A stretch of 64,000 nucleotides of DNA from Anaerohalosphaeraceae bacterium. Lineage in GTDB: Bacteria; Planctomycetota; Phycisphaerae; Sedimentisphaerales; Anaerohalosphaeraceae. Position 1 is the stretch's first letter. Each line of letters opens with the position of its first letter. Below are positions 58,487-64,000 of the stretch, in pieces. The translations under genes were made by a program, and so were the position numbers. The stretch is from NCBI GenBank assembly GCA_963675525.2, contig CAXXSL010000011.1, forward strand, positions 96,001-160,000. The letters are read 5' to 3'. The notes beneath the pieces were generated by a model. It was not told the DNA's origin. It did no database searches and was given only the letters and a program-made list of their open reading frames with translations.

Positions 58487-59890
58487 TTATTTGTCCTTGC
58501 ATGGGTTAGCCTGATAAATACCGCCAAAATTGATGTGCCCCCAAGGCCCAGAGGAGTCATCCACCACGATAATCTTCACCGTCCTATTCATAAATGCCTG
58601 ACAGTCAACAAGAATCGGCTCCAATAGATTATGATTATTACCCGTCGCTCGGAAATACTCCTTGCCGGTACCGGCATCGACAATACTGACATAGAGCTGC
58701 TCCTGATCATTGCCGCCGGAAACAAACATTACACTATCCGGACTTGTTATGCAAAAACTCGGGCTTTCGATTTTACCGGTCAGCGAATCATCAAATTCTT
58801 TCGGGTCGGTTTCAGACGTTGCAATGAAATATTCCGTCTTCGGATGAAACCATGCGCGGGTTGAATTGGTAAATACCGTCGGCAAGTTTCCTTCAACCTG
58901 TTTCCATTGTGAACGATGGTCCTGCACATCAAATGCAAAGACAGGCTTTTCAAAACATTTCCATTTCAATCGGGCAATCCGCACACCGTCCAAATCCGGA
59001 CTCAGCGCAGCGATATAGTAGCGACCGTCAAGTGTGACGATTTCCGGTGCGCACAGATTAAACTGCCGAACATAGTAGGAATCGTTGTCAATGCCGAAAT
59101 GATAGGGGTTGTCAGATTGATAAACCGTTGTTTGTGCGCCGGGTCCGTAAAACTGGGTCCGGAATAAAAAGTAGCTGCCCGGTACCGTTTCGATCACATG
59201 CGGACATTCGCACGAATACGGATTATTGCCTGCCTTGCCACCATAGCCAACAATCACAGGATCGGACCACTTCAACAGGTCCTCTGACGTTCGGCAATAA
59301 ACATAGCCGTGTTGAGCCGGAAAAGCGGTGTAGTAGCAGTTCCACTTATCCTTTGTAAACAACAACATCGGATCACGCGTATTGACAAACGGTCCTTCGT
59401 TAAAGATGACGCCTGCCTTCGCATATCGTTTGAATTCCTTACCGTCTTTGCTGGTCGCCAGACGCATGTTGTCCCAGTCGCCATAAGCCATCCAGAACAG
59501 TCCGTCATGCCTGATGACATGAGGCGCCTGAAGACCGCCCAGCGGTTCGCCCAATTCCGGCTTCGCTTCCATGGCGATGCCTTTTGGAGTCCAATCCTTA
59601 TCCGTCAGCTTTTTGCCCTCCCATCGATAAAACAGACGTGTATGTCCGCCCAGATTTGTAAACCGAATACAGGACCAAAGCTGCCATGTTCCATCGGCCG
59701 CCTGCCACAATGCAAAATCGACGGGTTGCTGTTTGTCACTGTTATATTCTCCCAGATCATCGGGCGTAGAGGCGACTTTCCACCATTGGCCGTCAATAAC
59801 CGGAATATGGAACTCCCCGGCGTACAGGTTCGCAAACAAAGACAACAAAACAATAATCAGGATACTTCTCACGCAAGGCAAATACGTCAT
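58487..59890 (-). CDS. Secreted five-bladed beta-propeller glycoside hydrolase (GH32/GH43-like clan)
   Basis: Signal peptide from Met at 59890; PVDF, QAPHV, RDP, ECP motifs; C-terminal SP.F...VD...G.WGHIN domain. Confidence 0.7.
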   Translation of the reverse strand: MTYLPCVRSILIIVLLSLFANLYAGEFHIPVIDGQWWKVASTPDDLGEYNSDKQQPVDFALWQAADGTWQLWSCIRFTNLGGHTRLFYRWEGKKLTDKDWTPKGIAMEAKPELGEPLGGLQAPHVIRHDGLFWMAYGDWDNMRLATSKDGKEFKRYAKAGVIFNEGPFVNTRDPMLLFTKDKWNCYYTAFPAQHGYVYCRTSEDLLKWSDPVIVGYGGKAGNNPYSCECPHVIETVPGSYFLFRTQFYGPGAQTTVYQSDNPYHFGIDNDSYYVRQFNLCAPEIVTLDGRYYIAALSPDLDGVRIARLKWKCFEKPVFAFDVQDHRSQWKQVEGNLPTVFTNSTRAWFHPKTEYFIATSETDPKEFDDSLTGKIESPSFCITSPDSVMFVSGGNDQEQLYVSIVDAGTGKEYFRATGNNHNLLEPILVDCQAFMNRTVKIIVVDDSSGPWGHINFGGIYQANPCKDK

Positions 59891-60070
59891 TGTTGGATTT
59901 GGATTCCACCCTTTGACACGGGCAGGCATGCCAGTATCCACCAACTGTTGATAAATCTGTCCCCAGGCCCCGCCGAACGACAGTCCCGATGCGCCAGGCA
60001 ACCCAATCAAGGGAACATAATCAACCGTTTGCCCATTACAGACTGCTTTAAAACGCTCCAATTCATTCAT
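59891..60070 (-). pseudogene. 60-codon N-terminal remnant of a uroporphyrinogen-decarboxylase-like protein fused in frame to the downstream GH
   Basis: MNELERF.AVC.G...DYVP...G.P resembles UroD/MtaA-like N-termini; it precedes an internal signal peptide. Confidence 0.5.
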
Positions 60071-62679
60071 TATTTTTTCTGCCCTTGCTTAAACTCCGCC
60101 ATGGGACCGATTTCCAACGCCTGAATGATCGCCTCTTTGTCGTCAACACCGGTCAAGTGAATTTCAATCACTCCGTTTTTAGGCTTGATGTCGGTAAATG
60201 TTTTATCCACGGCGGCGAAAATACCGCCGGCCGCCTCGGAAACATTCATTTTTTCGATAACCGAATCACCGTTGATTTTGACGTTGACTGCATGTGAGAT
60301 TCGATTGTTGTCTTTGTCCCGTTCGAGAAAAGGATGCAGGGGCGTATCCGCAAACTTCAGAACCACATAATACGTGCCGGGGCCAACCGTCAGATTCACC
60401 CAGAAATCATTGCCGTGAACTCCGTAACGATATAACTCCGGGTCCGGGGTGTTGCCGATATACATGCTGCGTCGCCTGGTCCACCAAGCCCTTTCGACCG
60501 TATCTTTACCATAGCCGCTGCGAATGACCCATTCCGTCGCCGGACGCCATGCGTTCCCGTTCGAATCAACATAATCCTGACGTTCAGGATACCCGAAGAT
60601 CATGCGCTGTGCCCCGGTCGGTCCTGAACCCTGGCCAAAATCCGATTCGGACAAGGCATCGGAAGTCTGAATGTAATCGACGGAGATGTCTTTTCCCTTT
60701 GATATCAAATTGCCTTTTTCCTGTACGACGATCTTCAGAACGTGCTGCGTGTTTTCCATGCCGTTTCTGTAATAAAGCAACTGCCTGTTTCGGACGCACG
60801 GGTTCCAGCAATCGATGAGGGTCAATTGCTTCTGACCATCGATATAAACATCCGCCAGTCCGCCCTCGGGGCCGACTTGTCCGAATACTCGCACCTGGTT
60901 ACCGGTAAACGTATATTCAAGCGATGCTTTCTTTTTGCTACTGACATGGAGTTTTTCATCCATCGCATCCTTGGCGGAAATCTCCTTCCAGTCTCCCGTG
61001 AATTTCAACTGTGCGTCGTCAACCTGTTCCTGGGGATCATCTTGTCCGGCAATCACAATTTCCTTAGCCCTATCATGGCGAACGGTCACAATGTAATCAG
61101 CATCAGGGAGTGGTTTAACCGTATAACCATTGCGATTCAGGCCGGCGATTTCTAACAGCGGCTTTGCGTCCGCGGTAATCGACGTCGGCCGATAGGAAAG
61201 TCGAATAATATCAATCGTTTCCGTCGGCGCATCAAATGTGGAATATTCAATCCTGTTCTTTTCGTAAACCACATGGTTCACAACCGACGTACTTCGCATA
61301 ATATGGTTTTCATGTTTCGGCCCGAATAATTCCGGCGTCCACGTTAACGCTTCCATGACCTGACACAGCGGCCACGGATGGGCCAAGTTTGACCATTCTT
61401 TAGTCGCGACCGGTTCACCAAAAATACCGTCCCAGACAACACCATTTTCATGGCTGTCATAGGTCGCCATGATCATCATTCGCCGCCCGATTTCTAAAAT
61501 CCGGTCATCGTTGGCCAAAATTCCAAAACGCAACAATGTGGGAGCCGCCGTATACTGGTTGTAAGAAAGCGACGTCCCGCAGCAGGTCGCGGATTCCGGA
61601 AAAGCCCACGCACCGTGATACACATCACCCACGGAATAAGGATCGGCTCCATTACGGTTAAAGATCAATGTCAGGATATTCCGCAAATCCGTTTCCCAAG
61701 CGGGGAACGATTGGGGGTTCTTCATGATATAATCACCGCACATGGAAACAATGCCGCAAATGACCGGGTTGTCCCAATCCCAATAGTTCCGGCCCCATGT
61801 ATCATTTTCAAGCCACTCGGGCATCAGCTCATTCTGAACATAACGTCGCCCCGCATCACGGGCGTTAATAATAGCACGGTCATTGCCCGTATATCCTATT
61901 CGAATCAACTCATCCAGAAAATCCAGAATCAAGGTTACACTGCCGGTTAACTCATCCGACCAGCCGACAACCTCCGGATGCGTATAGCGATTCCAAGGCG
62001 GTGAGGTTGGGTCCAGATTGCACTTTTCGGCAAACACATCACCCCAGTGTTTGGCCGCTTCAAGATAACGTTCATTGCCGGTCAGCTTATAAGCCCGCAG
62101 AATCTCCGTTCCGACAATCGCACACAGGTCCAGTTGCGTGCGCGCATCCTGAATACACTTGCCATAGGCCTTGCCCTTGGTCGGCGTAGCGATCGGAAAC
62201 CGGGACCAGTCGTGGTCTTCGGTCGTCTGGGCATAATCCAGAATGTAATCAGCTGTCAAGGGAATATAGAGAAACGCAATCGGATCGCCGCTGTATTGAT
62301 AATAAGCCGTCAGTCCCTTAATGATACTCCAGGCACGCTGACTCAGGTCGCCGCACATCCAGTCATTGGTCACAGGAATCAGGATCGTCCCGTCCTCCTT
62401 GATGCTCCAGTGCGAGTTATAGATGAAATCCGGTGCGGCCATCACGGCCTTTTTTTCATCGACCCACGGGTATCGCTTCATCGCCTCAACAGCTATCCGC
62501 AATCGCTCGTCCAGTGGGCCATTTTGTCCGGGGTGCCAGGACGTAATCACACCATACGAGTCCTGGACCACTTCATGTGCATAATAACTGGAACGCGACT
62601 CCGACGCATGTAAAATGCCTGACATCGTCACAATGACGAAAAATAGCCCAAAATAATCGAACAATACCCTAAACCGCAT
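60070..62679 (-). CDS. Secreted hypothetical protein: helical-barrel-like N-domain + beta-sandwich + C-terminal malectin-like domain
   Basis: Signal peptide; AY.LTG.ERYL.AA helical repeats; F.G.W...TFTG...VYIDG; T.DPELYR...G.Y.V.LKFA...G.IEI...AI..ALEI. Confidence 0.7.
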   Translation of the reverse strand: MRFRVLFDYFGLFFVIVTMSGILHASESRSSYYAHEVVQDSYGVITSWHPGQNGPLDERLRIAVEAMKRYPWVDEKKAVMAAPDFIYNSHWSIKEDGTILIPVTNDWMCGDLSQRAWSIIKGLTAYYQYSGDPIAFLYIPLTADYILDYAQTTEDHDWSRFPIATPTKGKAYGKCIQDARTQLDLCAIVGTEILRAYKLTGNERYLEAAKHWGDVFAEKCNLDPTSPPWNRYTHPEVVGWSDELTGSVTLILDFLDELIRIGYTGNDRAIINARDAGRRYVQNELMPEWLENDTWGRNYWDWDNPVICGIVSMCGDYIMKNPQSFPAWETDLRNILTLIFNRNGADPYSVGDVYHGAWAFPESATCCGTSLSYNQYTAAPTLLRFGILANDDRILEIGRRMMIMATYDSHENGVVWDGIFGEPVATKEWSNLAHPWPLCQVMEALTWTPELFGPKHENHIMRSTSVVNHVVYEKNRIEYSTFDAPTETIDIIRLSYRPTSITADAKPLLEIAGLNRNGYTVKPLPDADYIVTVRHDRAKEIVIAGQDDPQEQVDDAQLKFTGDWKEISAKDAMDEKLHVSSKKKASLEYTFTGNQVRVFGQVGPEGGLADVYIDGQKQLTLIDCWNPCVRNRQLLYYRNGMENTQHVLKIVVQEKGNLISKGKDISVDYIQTSDALSESDFGQGSGPTGAQRMIFGYPERQDYVDSNGNAWRPATEWVIRSGYGKDTVERAWWTRRRSMYIGNTPDPELYRYGVHGNDFWVNLTVGPGTYYVVLKFADTPLHPFLERDKDNNRISHAVNVKINGDSVIEKMNVSEAAGGIFAAVDKTFTDIKPKNGVIEIHLTGVDDKEAIIQALEIGPMAEFKQGQKK

Positions 62680-63055
62680 AACCGCCTTTCATCTGTTATT
62701 TGCTGTCAATAACTACTTGATAGTCTCAATTATTTTATGAATCGCCAACTGCTTCATCATTTGAGTAAAAACAAAAGACATCGACATATTAATACCGCAA
62801 ATCTTTGTCTTAGAATTATAGTATTATAAATTAATTTGAAAATCAATTAAATTTTTCAACAAACTGAACGGAACATACTTAAAAGTCTTATTTTAATGGA
62901 CTTATGAGAAATACATATCTAATACTCTTATCTAAAAACGAGCTTGTTTTCCTCAAAAATCAAATCGTCCTTAAATTTTCCTTGATTTTGGTTATATAAA
63001 GCTGATATTACTATAAATAGACATAAAAACCGTCAATAACAGAAAGCTACAGAAC

Positions 63056-63982
63056 ATGGCAGAAAGTCTTCAATACCTCATAGACAGTCTTTCCGTTTCG
63101 CCGAAATCCGAGCGGCGCCAACTCCATTTGAGCCATCCGGACGCAAAAGTGCTTAAAGAAAAGGACATTGTCATGGCCGCCTTGTGCGTTCTGAGAGAAA
63201 AATGCGAAATTTCCCGCAATGATCCGGGGGACCATGCGTTGATTTTCTCGCTGGAAGGGGAAGCAACGCTCTATATTTCCGATTCTCCACGAAAACGGAT
63301 TCCCATCAAGCCGGGGCACTTGGTTATCTTGCCCGCCCACAATCGGCACAAATATGTCATGGAAGGCAAAGAATGGAAAGTGATTCTGTTTTATCTTGCG
63401 GATACGTATTCATGGCGGCTCATCCGTGACAGCAAACCGCACGTGCGGCTTGCTCTGGCCCAAAACGAACTCAAAGCCGCTCTGGAAGGCTTCCTATCCG
63501 AGACCCTTCGCAATGAAAAACGCTCAAGCCAGGCCATTCAACATTACTCAGAATTGATCCTTCTGAACCTTGACCGTGAACTTGACATGGAAGAATCCAA
63601 CAGCAGTCAGGAGATGAAGCACCATCTCTATCAACTCTGGGGCAGTGTCAGCGCCGATCTTGCTCATAACTGGACGGTATCGGAGATGGCCGGCAAAATC
63701 GGAATCTCGTCTCAGCACTTTTATAAGGTCAGTGCCCGCTACTGCGGCTATAAACCGGTCGAAATGGTCGCACGCTTAAGAATGCAGCAGGCCCAGGAAT
63801 ACCTGATTGGCACTGATTATATGGTCAAGTCGATTGCCCGACTGGTGGGCTACTCGGACTCCTTCGGCTTTTCAGCAGCATTTAAGCGACACACCGGATG
63901 CAGCCCCAAGCAGTTTCGCGAAAAATATCATCAGCAATGTGCCCAAAAACATAAACAGGAAAACGAAGACGGCTGGTATTAA
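63056..63982 (+). CDS. AraC-family transcriptional regulator (divergent from the second sugar cluster)
   Basis: Cupin (PG.LVILPA...H.Y), WTV.EMA, IARLVGYSD.F.FS.AFKRHTG.SP..FR. Confidence 0.94.
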   Translation: MAESLQYLIDSLSVSPKSERRQLHLSHPDAKVLKEKDIVMAALCVLREKCEISRNDPGDHALIFSLEGEATLYISDSPRKRIPIKPGHLVILPAHNRHKYVMEGKEWKVILFYLADTYSWRLIRDSKPHVRLALAQNELKAALEGFLSETLRNEKRSSQAIQHYSELILLNLDRELDMEESNSSQEMKHHLYQLWGSVSADLAHNWTVSEMAGKIGISSQHFYKVSARYCGYKPVEMVARLRMQQAQEYLIGTDYMVKSIARLVGYSDSFGFSAAFKRHTGCSPKQFREKYHQQCAQKHKQENEDGWY

Positions 63983-64000
63983 TTTCCCACTAATTGGAAG

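Noticed and set aside
62680..63055. ncRNA or regular operator repeats in the AT-rich divergent spacer
   Set aside because: CTTA-like motifs are irregularly spaced; consistent with an ordinary divergent promoter region

Overview
Bacterial chromosomal window. Gene content (DUF1559-like prepilin, PEP-CTERM, ECF sigma/FecR pair, Sua5-phosphatase fusion, dockerin-like tails) points to Planctomycetota, probably Phycisphaerae/Sedimentisphaerales; this is an inference. Region 1-22.6 kb is a mostly minus-strand housekeeping run (lgt, panD, panC, folK-dNK fusion, dapL, purQ, purL, tyrA, accA, rpiB, Sua5-phosphatase, macro domain) with inserts: an AT-rich trypsin/beta-helix secreted protein plus a lipoprotein, a GH106, an inverted-repeat-bounded GxxExxY cassette, and an ORF6N gene with a perfect internal palindrome next to gene fragments. 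Region 22.8-50.8 kb is a large polysaccharide-utilisation locus with a xyloglucan/galactan-like enzyme set (FucI-like, GH29, GH31, 2x GH43, GH53, GH5, a GH-A-like enzyme, GH3). It has no SusC/SusD/TonB receptor and instead carries a PEP-CTERM / ECF sigma / FecR / LamG / prepilin module, which is the best candidate for an undescribed system. Region 51.4-64 kb is a second AraC-linked sugar cluster (malectin-domain protein, chimeric beta-propeller hydrolase, metallophosphoesterase, ribose-type ABC transporter, HAD, DUF2961/GH172, ribokinase remnant). I recognised no rRNA, tRNA, CRISPR array or transposase. All product calls come from motif recognition by eye, not from database searches.
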